Assembly (NCBI RefSeq): GCF_000392435.1
Contig: NC_021219.1
Location: 390,001 to 422,000, forward strand
Reading direction: 5' to 3'
Source: Candidatus Saccharimonas aalborgensis
GTDB lineage: Bacteria > Patescibacteriota > Saccharimonadia > Saccharimonadales > Saccharimonadaceae
Length of the DNA stretch: 32,000 bases
Shown: one piece after another, positions 18,739 through 31,350 of the stretch
Position numbering within the stretch: position 1 is the first letter of the stretch
Layout: every line of letters starts with the position of its first letter
Notes under the pieces: model-generated
Told to the model about the DNA's origin: nothing
The model's input: the letters and a program-made list of their open reading frames with translations, nothing else
Databases searched by the model: none
Translations under genes and position numbers: made by a program

Positions 18739-20061
18739 CTAGGGTGAATGTGACCGTGCGTACTCGCGCTGTCTCAGTACCGTCAGGTACTCAAGCGCTT
18801 CTGAAGGCATATCGGGGCGGCGCTCACGATCAGGGTATCCTGGACCCAATGTAAAGAGAATGCCTCGTCTTGCCATCTGGTCAACAACTGTACCGAAGGG
18901 TGCTTCGCGAAAACCCTCAAAGCCAGTCTTGTCGGTATAGGCAACCCGCCATGGATTAATGTGGTGGATCTCCTGTCCATTGACTTCATCAAGTGTCCCA
19001 AGCGAAACCGCTGATGCAAATTGTTTTACTGCCCATGAGCCCTTGAGTTTCATAGAGTAGGTACCGTCAGGTTTCATAGCAACCGTACCGTCGAGAAAAT
19101 TGTATCCCAACTGCTTGAGACCTATGTTCATATCTCCGGCATGCCCACCCGCATTGACTATGGCGCTGCCGGCAATGAGGATGCCACTGGCTGTCGCAAA
19201 AATGCCCGCACCTAAAAGAGCTGACTTGGCTGCCTCCTCGGGCGATTTCGGTCGATCGAGTGCCACACGAGTGGCAGCAGAGAGGGCGGTCGCGCCGAGA
19301 CGAATTGCTTTTTTGTGTTTTTCGATAAACTCCTCAGTAGGAGTCCGTCTCAAAAATTCGGGTACAAGCTCCTCATTACGGTTATAAAATGTCACCGCGT
19401 CGTCGTAGAGCTGAAGGTTGTGAAACAATACACCGCGCACCCCATCAGGATGCAGTACAGGCGAGTGCGGGTCGCGTAACATAAACCGAATATCATACAG
19501 CGACGGCTCGGAACCCACTGCTTTCACAGCCGCCTTATTGCCCGATGGCTCCTCATAGAGGTAGCGTGGCTGTCGTCCCCTTAAGATGCGTTCAACTTCC
19601 TCAGTGGTATAGTGCTGCTGCGGCAGATACTTCCCCTCAACTAGTTGTCGAGCAAGCGCACCGACAGCTACTGCGTCATCGAGCGCCATCTCTGGCACAC
19701 CCGGATCAATACCATACACAGTCTCGGGAAGTGGATGACGAGCAAATTCCTCGGGATGACCCTGCAACCACTCGATAAGATCATGTAATTCTATCGCAGG
19801 ACGCAAATCAGCATCAGTACAGGAGTGATGGTCGAGGTGAAGCATGGCCCAACGCGACGTATCGGTAAATGGTGCCCCCATTACCTCAAGTGCTAACCGT
19901 GTCCACCTGCCCGGAATAACAGAATCATGAGTGCGAAAGCGGTGGTCAAGGATGGTCGTCTTGAGAAGTGGTGTGCCCAACTCGACAGCACCTTGGGTAA
20001 CGGGATGTTTGGCAACAGTCCATAAACGTTCGGTCGTTTTTGTCATACCATCCTTCCGCAC
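18739..20061 (-). CDS. Divergent membrane fatty-acid desaturase-like protein
   Basis: 440 aa; candidate histidine boxes HRFRTH (HX4H), HLDHH (HXXHH), QEIHH (QXXHH), plus IVNAGGHAGD resembling the desaturase NSxxHxxG motif. Confidence 0.5.
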   Translation of the reverse strand: MRKDGMTKTTERLWTVAKHPVTQGAVELGTPLLKTTILDHRFRTHDSVIPGRWTRLALEVMGAPFTDTSRWAMLHLDHHSCTDADLRPAIELHDLIEWLQGHPEEFARHPLPETVYGIDPGVPEMALDDAVAVGALARQLVEGKYLPQQHYTTEEVERILRGRQPRYLYEEPSGNKAAVKAVGSEPSLYDIRFMLRDPHSPVLHPDGVRGVLFHNLQLYDDAVTFYNRNEELVPEFLRRTPTEEFIEKHKKAIRLGATALSAATRVALDRPKSPEEAAKSALLGAGIFATASGILIAGSAIVNAGGHAGDMNIGLKQLGYNFLDGTVAMKPDGTYSMKLKGSWAVKQFASAVSLGTLDEVNGQEIHHINPWRVAYTDKTGFEGFREAPFGTVVDQMARRGILFTLGPGYPDRERRPDMPSEALEYLTVLRQREYARSHSP

Positions 20062-20106
20062 TAATGCCTATGTTATAACTATTATTCCACAGTGAGGTGC
20101 TTTTTG

Positions 20107-21678
20107 CTATGATGGCTGATTATTCGTGATCATCACTTCGAGGCATGGTGTCGCCACACTACCGAGCGGCTTTGTATTTATAGAGGTTTCCTTCGCCGAT
20201 ACGCCGCTTACCTTGGTTTTTGCACCAACGCTTGAGCAAACATCAGGTGCGGTTATGTCAAGCGACCGAACAATGCCAAACTCAAGAGATGATGACTCAG
20301 ACAGAGATGCTTTTAGCGACCCGATGCTTGCTGCAGTAGCATCTACTCTTGCACCCCTTCCGATCATGAGCGTGATTGTATCTACTTGTGTCTCACTCGA
20401 CATGACGACATCTCCTTCTATGACATTCACCACAAGAGCGTTCGTCGCTGGTATGTAAACATTTCCCCTTACAACCGTCAATGTGTCGACCGGCGGACCA
20501 TAGATATCCACCGTAGCCAGAGACACCGCTGAGCAAAAGAGGGGCGTCTTAACACAGGATGTTGTTGCTGCGCTCACGCGTATTGTGTCACCATCAAGTG
20601 TTACGGTTGGAATATTTTTGTAGAGTCCCGGACTATAGGTAATAACAGCTTTGGGTACGCCTAACGAGACGTGGTACAAGACAACTGGTCCGTCAGCTTC
20701 AATCTTTAACTGCTTCTTGCCAGAGAGTGCCTTCATATCGGTAGTTGGTATGACAGTCCTTTGGTCGTATAGACCTCTCTCTTGTCGATAGGTCACGTAG
20801 CCCATGCCCGCTCCAACACCAAAACAAAGGAGCCCAAGTGTTACTACTGTTACAAGCGTACCGATCAGTCGTTTATTGTGTTTTGCGGTCAAAAGCATAT
20901 AGGCAATCACCCAACAGAAGAAGACAAACAGTAGTCCAGCCGCAGCGATTAATCCACCATATAGCCAATAGATTCCATCGAGACGAGCATCTGTATCGAT
21001 GAGAACATGCCAAATAACCATGACGACACTCATTGCTGCTATCACGCCTACGGCCACAGCAGCAATACCCGATATAATACGCAGAGCAGTGAGCAGGGAA
21101 CTGGCCATCTCACTTCGAGGCAACCTATTGTCACTCTCATCTTGAATCGATGCGAGGGTGACTGGCCTACCCGCCATCTGAAGGCGATTGGCTGCCGTCC
21201 GCGAAATAGGAATCACCACCCAAGCAGCGATGTAGGCAAGAATCATCATGCCAGCACTCATGACAGTCGCCAGGATGAATGCCAGTCGGATCCAGACGAC
21301 GTCAACACCAAAATAGGCTGCGAGGCCAGCGCAAACCCCTGCTACCATTGCATTTGATGGGTCGCGCATCAGCCGCTTCTCACTTGATACGGGAGCCATG
21401 GGTGCGATGTCAGGAGTATTCTCACTATCAGTGAAATCGTTTGGGTCGCCAAGCTGCGCCTTGACTGCGTCAATGTCTTTAGTGCCAATGACCTTCTCGC
21501 CACTGATATCACGATCAGTCAGCAGCTCTACGATGCGAGCCTCAATCTCACGCATTGCATCAGCATCAGCACCAAGAGATTTTTTGATGGCGCCGAGATA
21601 CACCTCAAGGTCTTTTTTTGCCTCCACCTCAACGTTGTAGGGAAATGAGGCGAGGGAAATACGAGTAATTTCTTTCAT
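20107..21678 (-). CDS. PspC-domain membrane protein with C-terminal beta-rich domain
   Basis: 523 aa; KRLMRDPSNAMVAGVCAGLAAYFGVDVVWIRLAFIL; additional TMs; repetitive beta-strand C-terminus. Confidence 0.82.
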   Translation of the reverse strand: MKEITRISLASFPYNVEVEAKKDLEVYLGAIKKSLGADADAMREIEARIVELLTDRDISGEKVIGTKDIDAVKAQLGDPNDFTDSENTPDIAPMAPVSSEKRLMRDPSNAMVAGVCAGLAAYFGVDVVWIRLAFILATVMSAGMMILAYIAAWVVIPISRTAANRLQMAGRPVTLASIQDESDNRLPRSEMASSLLTALRIISGIAAVAVGVIAAMSVVMVIWHVLIDTDARLDGIYWLYGGLIAAAGLLFVFFCWVIAYMLLTAKHNKRLIGTLVTVVTLGLLCFGVGAGMGYVTYRQERGLYDQRTVIPTTDMKALSGKKQLKIEADGPVVLYHVSLGVPKAVITYSPGLYKNIPTVTLDGDTIRVSAATTSCVKTPLFCSAVSLATVDIYGPPVDTLTVVRGNVYIPATNALVVNVIEGDVVMSSETQVDTITLMIGRGARVDATAASIGSLKASLSESSSLEFGIVRSLDITAPDVCSSVGAKTKVSGVSAKETSINTKPLGSVATPCLEVMITNNQPS

Positions 21679-21686
21679 ATCGTTCC

Positions 21687-22019
21687 TTATAATTTCTTTA
21701 ATGTTGTGTGGAGCAGCTCAATATCCGTTTGCATGACGCAAGTGACATCGCGTCCGTAGTTGCTCACTCTGTAATATTTTCGCGGTGGCCCCTGTTCGCT
21801 TTCTTGCCACTCGTGAACTAGCAATCCATCTCGCTGAAGTCGGTTGAGAAGCGGATAAATTGTTCCTTCTACTACGACAAGCTCAGCCGCCTGAAGTTCT
21901 TTGATAATATCGCTCGTATACTTGGGTCGATGCGAACAAACTACCAGCACACAGTAGGCAAGAAAACCTTTGCGCAATTGGGTTGCGAGTGACTCGGCAT
22001 ATTCTTCGGCAGATTTCAT
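21687..22019 (-). CDS. PadR-family transcriptional regulator
   Basis: 110 aa; LRKGFLAYCVLVV...VVVEGTIYPLLNRLQRDGLLVHEWQESEQGPPRKYYRVS. Confidence 0.9.
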   Translation of the reverse strand: MKSAEEYAESLATQLRKGFLAYCVLVVCSHRPKYTSDIIKELQAAELVVVEGTIYPLLNRLQRDGLLVHEWQESEQGPPRKYYRVSNYGRDVTCVMQTDIELLHTTLKKL

Positions 22020-22158
22020 TTTATACCTGTAGTCTGTGTGACTATTATGTTTTATATAGTTCTATGTTATACAAGGTACCTTGACATGTCAAGTCTATTA
22101 GACCCCCTTTTGTCATTTGCTATACTAGAGCTATATACGTTAACGTCAGGAAAGCCTT

Positions 22159-23160
22159 ATGGACACGCAACCCCTCCCCTCGCCCTCTATTGATTCACCA
22201 GGTGTATCACCGCCTCTTGGTTCCACGATCTCTCTTCTTGACAGTTTCGATATCGATCATTTACCAGATCTCGATACCGTCGTAATGGGTGCACTTGAAT
22301 TATTTGAACAACAACCACTCCCTACTCTTAACCTATCGCACTATCACCACCCATTGGTCGTTGGATCAGGTAATGCTGAAGCAACTGGCCGCATTATCTT
22401 TGACAAGAGCCAGGCAGTATTTGCTAGTGAAAGCAATTACCTTGAGGCGCTTAGAACAATGCCCGAGATTGATAGTGTTGTTGTACTATCAGCATCTGGT
22501 AGCAAACATGCACCTGCTATCGTTGACGCAGCAAGAGCCGCTCATAAGCCAGTGACGCTCATTACCAACACCCCCAACTCACCCGCACACGCCAGCCTCG
22601 ACCTTAGCCAAGCTGAGCACGAGTACGTTTTCCCAAAAAATCGCGAACCCTACACCTACAACACATCAACTTACATGGGCATGATCCTGGGAAATACGCA
22701 TGAAGATCCTGCGGTGATCCGCCGATTTATCAATGAGCGTATCGCCACAATCGAATTTCCAGATTTTGGTAGCTATGACAAATACTACTTAATTGTTCCG
22801 CCGCAATTCCATGGCATCAAACGGATGCTCGAAATAAAGTTTATCGAGTTGTTTGGCAGAAATATCGCTCGAGATATCGAAACGAGCGAGTATGTGATCC
22901 ATGCGACAACAGTTGCACCAGCCCGAGAACTATTCATTTCCTTTGGTGAAACAAACTCAACGTGGGGAGATCCACAAAATCGACTCACCATTCCCCTGCC
23001 TGACGGTGCAGGCTACGGTGCAATGATGGCAGTTGGCTACTACATTGTTGCCCAGATCCAAAAGGCCCACCCTCAATATTTCAAGGATAATATCGTCGAG
23101 TATACAAAGAAGGTTTCGGAACTATTTGGCAGAGAGATTACTGCTATTGTCGATAAATAA
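22159..23160 (+). CDS. SIS-domain sugar isomerase-like protein (bifunctional PGI/PMI-like)
   Basis: 333 aa; VVGSGNAEATGRI, VVVLSASGSKHAPAIVDAARAAHKPVTLITN. Confidence 0.75.
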   Translation: MDTQPLPSPSIDSPGVSPPLGSTISLLDSFDIDHLPDLDTVVMGALELFEQQPLPTLNLSHYHHPLVVGSGNAEATGRIIFDKSQAVFASESNYLEALRTMPEIDSVVVLSASGSKHAPAIVDAARAAHKPVTLITNTPNSPAHASLDLSQAEHEYVFPKNREPYTYNTSTYMGMILGNTHEDPAVIRRFINERIATIEFPDFGSYDKYYLIVPPQFHGIKRMLEIKFIELFGRNIARDIETSEYVIHATTVAPARELFISFGETNSTWGDPQNRLTIPLPDGAGYGAMMAVGYYIVAQIQKAHPQYFKDNIVEYTKKVSELFGREITAIVDK

Positions 23161-23773
23161 TCGCAAGGCTGCTTTGCACACGCATCACTGCCCGTTGTCC
23201 TACAAGCCACTCATCGACTGCCCGCGCAGCACCGGGAAGTGCCTCATTTGCATAATCATCGACGATAATCACTGCGCCGGAAACCAGTCGAGGTGTGATG
23301 AGCATGAGCGACTCGCGGATTGACCCATAGTAATCGCCGTCTAAAAAAGCAAATCCAACTGTCTGCGGAATGTGAGATTGGTCCAGATCATGAAACCAAC
23401 CTTTGTGTATGCGCGGCATCACTAGACCGGCTTTTTTGAATTGTGCGAAAAACTCTTTTTTGTGTGCTAGAAGCTCGCCAGTAACAAAGTGCTCACCGAC
23501 GCTGCTCTGATCCCACCTCCCCTTCGGTGGTAACCCCTCAAACGAATCATAGACATGAAACTCTCGCTTGTCCTCATAACAATCAAGAAGACGGCGAATA
23601 AATAATGAGGTGGTACCTTGATAGCAACCAAACTCGACCACGGCACCTGTTTTGCCGCCAGAAATATAGTATTCAAGCTCGCGTAGTATGACCTGTAACT
23701 CACCAGCAGTAATCTGGTCAGAGATGAGTGGATACTTCCGTATAAGTTCCGCTGTTTTCACGCCGCGCGCCAC
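23144..23773 (-). CDS. TylF/macrocin-O-methyltransferase-like SAM methyltransferase
   Basis: GAVVEFGCYQGTTSLFIRRLL, FHVYDSFEGLP, FLDGDYYGSIRESLMLITPRLVSGAVIIVDDY; likely GTG start at 23773 rather than the ORF-track start at 24013. Confidence 0.75.
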   Translation of the reverse strand: MARGVKTAELIRKYPLISDQITAGELQVILRELEYYISGGKTGAVVEFGCYQGTTSLFIRRLLDCYEDKREFHVYDSFEGLPPKGRWDQSSVGEHFVTGELLAHKKEFFAQFKKAGLVMPRIHKGWFHDLDQSHIPQTVGFAFLDGDYYGSIRESLMLITPRLVSGAVIIVDDYANEALPGAARAVDEWLVGQRAVMRVQSSLAIIYRQ

Positions 23774-23880
23774 TGATTCATCAACAGAATAATAGCGATC
23801 AGAATGATAACAGCAATAATAACGACGAGTGCCTCCAGTACGGTAAAGCCTCCGCGGGCTGACGATCGACGACCTATCAT
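23758..23880 (-). CDS. Prepilin-like 40-aa micro-ORF (MIGRRSSARGG|FTVLEALVVIIAVIILIAIILLMNQWRAA)
   Basis: Not in the ORF track; type IV prepilin peptidase signature G|FTxxE directly followed by an unbroken hydrophobic helix; stop overlaps the putative GTG start of the methyltransferase. Confidence 0.6.
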   Translation of the reverse strand: MIGRRSSARGGFTVLEALVVIIAVIILIAIILLMNQWRAA

Positions 23881-23960
23881 GTTCTCTGGTATTGTAGCAC
23901 GAAACAGTGGTAAAGCTCATGCTTTTTCGGTATACTTGGGAGTAGAGAGGGAAAAAGTAG

Positions 23961-24794
<834 letters not shown>

Positions 24795-24795
24795 G

Positions 24796-25698
24796 GTGGG
24801 ATTGGATACGATACTTCAGCCATTTCTGATCGCCAACGTCTTTATCATCGGAGTCGTTGTTGCCCTCGCTGTGAGCAATGCGTGGGCGCATTTTCGTCCG
24901 CAAAATAGCCGAGAAAAAAAACATGTGAACACTATGCTTCTCCCCGCCGACACGCGCGCTCGTATTCTCAATGAAGCCGAGGAGGCGTACCATCGAATCG
25001 TCACAAAAACTGCTGTCCAGCTCGAGGAAAACCTGGCTTCGACGACGAAATCACTCGGTGAACACTTAAACAAGCTAGGATCAACACTCGTCAGCGATGA
25101 ACTAAAACGCTACCAAACTGAGCTCGACGAGCTGCGTTCACGTACTCAAGGTGCTATCGGAAAAGCCGAAACTGAAATCAACCAGCACCAAATGGATGTA
25201 AAGGCAAAGCTACTCGAGCGCCAAAATGAGATTGACAGCAAACTTGCCGAAGATGAACAAACGCTACGAGCTGCGCTAATGGAGCGTCAACACCAGCTTG
25301 AAACAGAGTTCATAGAACGTCAAAACGAATACGCCACAAGGCATGCTGAACTGGAGGCAAAGCTGACTGAACACCAGACGCAGCTCGAAGCGATCCTCAA
25401 AGAGCGCGAAGAAACGCTTGCCGAGCACCAATCACGTCTTGACCAAGAAATCACGGACCGCCAAGAACAATACCAACGTCGGCAAGCTGATCTAGATGCT
25501 AGACTCGAGCAGGACATGGAAAAAAAGCGTCAGTTCTTGACCTCGCAGCTTGACACAAAGCTCTCAGATAGCGTGACAACCTTTCTTGTCGAGACACTAG
25601 GTCAACATGTCGACCTAGGAGCCCAAGCTACCTACCTAACAACTCTCCTAGAGGAGCATAAGGCTGAGCTTATCAAGGGAGTGAACGATGAATTGTAA
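24796..25698 (+). CDS. F-type ATPase b subunit-like protein, unusually long peripheral stalk
   Basis: GTG start; one N-terminal TM (PFLIANVFIIGVVVALAVSNAWA), about 240 aa of charged coiled coil, b-like C-terminus; position matches atpF. Confidence 0.75.
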   Translation: MGLDTILQPFLIANVFIIGVVVALAVSNAWAHFRPQNSREKKHVNTMLLPADTRARILNEAEEAYHRIVTKTAVQLEENLASTTKSLGEHLNKLGSTLVSDELKRYQTELDELRSRTQGAIGKAETEINQHQMDVKAKLLERQNEIDSKLAEDEQTLRAALMERQHQLETEFIERQNEYATRHAELEAKLTEHQTQLEAILKEREETLAEHQSRLDQEITDRQEQYQRRQADLDARLEQDMEKKRQFLTSQLDTKLSDSVTTFLVETLGQHVDLGAQATYLTTLLEEHKAELIKGVNDEL

Positions 25699-26173
25699 GT
25701 TACCGACATCAGTCAGCTCGCCGAGCGACGTCGCAAGTCTCATTCTGGAAGTTCGTGACTACGCAACTTGGTACCGTCAATACGCGGTGGCAAGTAAAGT
25801 AAAAGTTGACTACCGCACAACCCAACCCGAGCTAACCCCTACGGCAAGCGCTGTCATTCGAGATTGGGCAAAAGATGAGCCGTTATCACCACAACGCCTC
25901 GACCAGTTGATTGAAGAGCTAGAGACAATCGCTGCCGAGGCACCGGTCATTACCCTTACCCTCGCCGCTCCTGCACCTGCTGAAATTAAAAAAGCACTGG
26001 TGGGCTGGTGTCGTACCAATCTGAACGCATCAATGCTAGTAACGTTTCATTTTAATTCCACCCTACTCGGTGGCATGGTAGTTCGCTATGGCAGCCGCAT
26101 CTACGATTGGTCGTTTCGTCGGTCTATCATGGAACATCGCCACCGTTTGCCGGAGATTATCAGCAATGTTTGA
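25688..26173 (+). CDS. F-type ATPase delta subunit-like protein
   Basis: 161 aa; C-terminal signature STLLGGMVVRYGSRIYDWSFRRSI matches the delta/OSCP motif; position matches atpH. Confidence 0.82.
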   Translation: MNCKLPTSVSSPSDVASLILEVRDYATWYRQYAVASKVKVDYRTTQPELTPTASAVIRDWAKDEPLSPQRLDQLIEELETIAAEAPVITLTLAAPAPAEIKKALVGWCRTNLNASMLVTFHFNSTLLGGMVVRYGSRIYDWSFRRSIMEHRHRLPEIISNV

Positions 26174-27664
26174 CAATACCACTTTTCAAGCCCTCGTTGA
26201 AGCAGGTAATCTCACTGGCGAAGTCGTTGCTATCAACCGATTTATCGTTGAAGTAAAAGGACTCGAAGGAGTCAGGATTGGTGCTCAGGTGTTGTTTGAT
26301 GATGGTCAGCGCGGTATGGTCCGCGAGGCCTACGGTGACCGCGTCATCCTCTATAACATTGACAGTGAGTTGCTGATGCTGGGTGCATTAGCCGTTGTCG
26401 AGCATGACATGCTCGAAGTGCCGGTGGGTCCGGAGCTAGTCGGGCGCGTTATCACTCCCATGGGACTTCCCCTCGATAATCTAGGGCCTATTACCACCGC
26501 GCAGCACTCTGGTATCTTCAATCTTGCACCAGGCATTATGGACCGCAAAATGCTTGATGAACAGCTCGCCAGTGGTGTCACAGCGGTAGACAGCTTCTTT
26601 CCTATTGTCCTTGGCCAGCGTATCGCAATCTTGGGAGATAGTAAGTCTGGTAAATCGACTTTTTTGAGTCAGTTGACAGCAAACCAACAAGGCACCGACC
26701 GAATCGTAGTATACGTGCTGGTCGGCAAACGAAAAGTTGATATCGAACGACTCCTGCGCGACCTGCGAGAGTCCGGTGCTATGGAGCATACGATCGTCGT
26801 ACTCGCCAATATTTTTGACTCTCTAACGCAAAGTTACCTTGCACCCTACGCCGCCTGTGCAATGGCAGAATACCTCTGGTATGGAGGGCAAGACGTCATT
26901 ATTATCTACGACGACCTCTCTGGTCATGCAGAGGCGTACCGTCAACTTTCACTCTTGCAAGAAGTTGATCCGGGACGCGACTCGTATCCGGGAGATATCT
27001 TTTATACTCATTCTAGCTTGCTCGAACGCGCCGGCAAGCTGCTGACAAACGGCAAGACCCTCACTTCATTACCTGTAGTGCTGACCCCAAACGATGATAT
27101 TACCGCCTACCTGAGCACTAACATTATGTCGATTACTGATGGACAGATCATCTTTGACTTAGGATATTTTCGCAAAGGTATCCGACCCGCTGTCAATGCC
27201 GGGTTGTCAGTGTCCCGTGTCGGTGGACAGGCTCAGACAAAGCGTCAAAAGCAACTTTCCACCGCACTTTTCAAAGCACTTGCTCGCTATCATCAGGCCG
27301 ACGAGTTCTCACACTTTTCAAGTCAGCTAAGTAAGGAGACAAAGGTCGATCTCACCCGTGGGAAGCACCTTTATGCTGCCTTACAGCAACCGCCCGAACA
27401 ACTCTTTTCACTCCTCGAACAACAACTGATGCTTGAGACTATCATGCTGCCTGAAGACGACCGATCGATTGATATCGCTAAGCTCAAGGAAGCAGTAAAA
27501 GGAAAGGTGCTTCCTGGCGAGGAGAGCTACACTCCCACCGAAGAGGAGCTCCTCGAACAGTTTGGCGCACATGTAGTAAGCGAACAACCAGCTCCAGCCG
27601 TCGAAGAACCGCCCGTTACACCTGACAAAAAACCTGCTAAAGCTCCTAAAAAGGAGAAACGCTG

Positions 27665-27665
<1 letters not shown>
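26166..27665 (+). CDS. atpA-like: F1-like ATPase alpha subunit (divergent)
   Basis: ATG at 26166 (the 26088 ORF start is too long); P-loop GDSKSGKS, PGDIFYTHSSLLERAG, NIMSITDGQIIFDLGYFRKGIRPAVNAGLSVSRVGG with conserved arginine finger. Confidence 0.93.
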
Positions 27666-30224
<2,559 letters not shown>

Positions 30225-30225
30225 G

Positions 30226-31239
30226 CTACTGTGTCACGACGTAATCAAAGGCAAACCCGCCCGGAGGCAAGGCTTCTGCCGTGCTAATCGAAAAACCGTT
30301 TGAGGTACGGTTGATATAAAACCCATTGACCGCACGACCAACTGGGCTCACTACAACGTGAGGGGTGGTGGCATATTTAGTTTGAAAGCTAAGATTCACC
30401 AGCGTTCCCCCGCCTGCATTTATCCCGGTGTTGATCGCAATAGTACCAGAGGTGTCATTGCCGCTAATCGAGACTGTCCCGTTACTGCCCGCCCCTGCCC
30501 CTGCACTCACCGACGGTGCTGCTCCGGTGGTTATCAAGTGTCCAGCAACGGTCAGCGTATTGACCTGAAAGTTGCGCACCGATAGCGCCCCACCGATAGC
30601 CAAACTGCCGACCACATTTACGTTATTGTTGACCGTTACCAACTGGTCGACAGTCAACTGGCCCTGAATCCGGGTTGTGCCGGCAACAGCGAGCTCCTTT
30701 TGTAATTTGAGTGAGATCATGGTGCCGTCACCATTGACGCTCAGCTGTGAGGCAGCTACCGTACCGGCCTGAATCTTCGATAGGTTGGCCGCCGATGCCG
30801 TCAGCGTATTGTTTAAGTTGAGCTGCCCTGACATACTGACATCACCCGCCACAGCAACCTTGCCATTGAACTTGGTATTTGGTCCGATCGTCAGGATGGT
30901 CTCTGCACCACCACTTGGATTACGATCGACACCAAGTTTATTCAGCGCGTCCAGATTTACCGTGACGTTTTGCTGTGCCGCAGATACTGCATCAGCTTGA
31001 CCTTTCATCAGAAAGGCGATAACGACCGCATTCAAGATCAAGATAACCGCCACGACAGTGAGGCCGATGAAGGTTGCTTTGTGACTTGGCCGATACATAC
31101 TCCGACGCGGCGCAGGATCGGTACTAACCGCAGGTGCAGCCGATACCTGTGTATCGACGGTTGCATCAAGAGAGGAAGTCTGAACGGTCAAAACTTCGGG
31201 GCGCGGCGCGCTCGTTCCCTCTTTTTGGTCTTCGGTCAT
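30226..31239 (-). CDS. Membrane-anchored extracellular fibre-like protein
   Basis: 337 aa; proline-rich cytoplasmic N-terminus, single TM ATFIGLTVVAVILILNAVVIAFLM, repetitive LxVxG-type beta repeats, tail-fibre-like C-terminus VVVSPVGRAVNGFYINRTSNGFSISTAEALPPGGFAFDYVV. Confidence 0.65.
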   Translation of the reverse strand: MTEDQKEGTSAPRPEVLTVQTSSLDATVDTQVSAAPAVSTDPAPRRSMYRPSHKATFIGLTVVAVILILNAVVIAFLMKGQADAVSAAQQNVTVNLDALNKLGVDRNPSGGAETILTIGPNTKFNGKVAVAGDVSMSGQLNLNNTLTASAANLSKIQAGTVAASQLSVNGDGTMISLKLQKELAVAGTTRIQGQLTVDQLVTVNNNVNVVGSLAIGGALSVRNFQVNTLTVAGHLITTGAAPSVSAGAGAGSNGTVSISGNDTSGTIAINTGINAGGGTLVNLSFQTKYATTPHVVVSPVGRAVNGFYINRTSNGFSISTAEALPPGGFAFDYVVTQ

Positions 31240-31350
31240 CAGGAGTCCCCTAGTATCATTATCTCTGTTTTTCCACCATTATCTATCCACCAGTATAGCC
31301 TTTTCAGGAGTAACTTGCAAAATACTCATGCTTCAGAAACAATAGACACT

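Noticed and set aside
19100-21640. Plus-strand ORFs antisense to the desaturase-like and PspC genes
   Set aside because: Biased antisense translations with no domain signal; the minus-strand genes explain the region.
23907-23936. Sigma70-like promoter for the ATPase cluster (TATACT at 23931-23936)
   Set aside because: The -10 candidate is plausible, but I found no convincing -35 at proper spacing, so it is not listed as a feature.
24816-25517. Minus-strand Ser/Arg/Trp-rich ORFs opposite the b-like gene
   Set aside because: Mirror-frame artefacts of a Glu/Gln-rich coiled-coil coding sequence.
26088-26165. N-terminal extension MAAASTIGRFVGLSWNIATVCRRLSA of the alpha-like ORF
   Set aside because: It overlaps the conserved delta-like C-terminus in another frame; the ATG at 26166 gives a natural 8-nt operon overlap.
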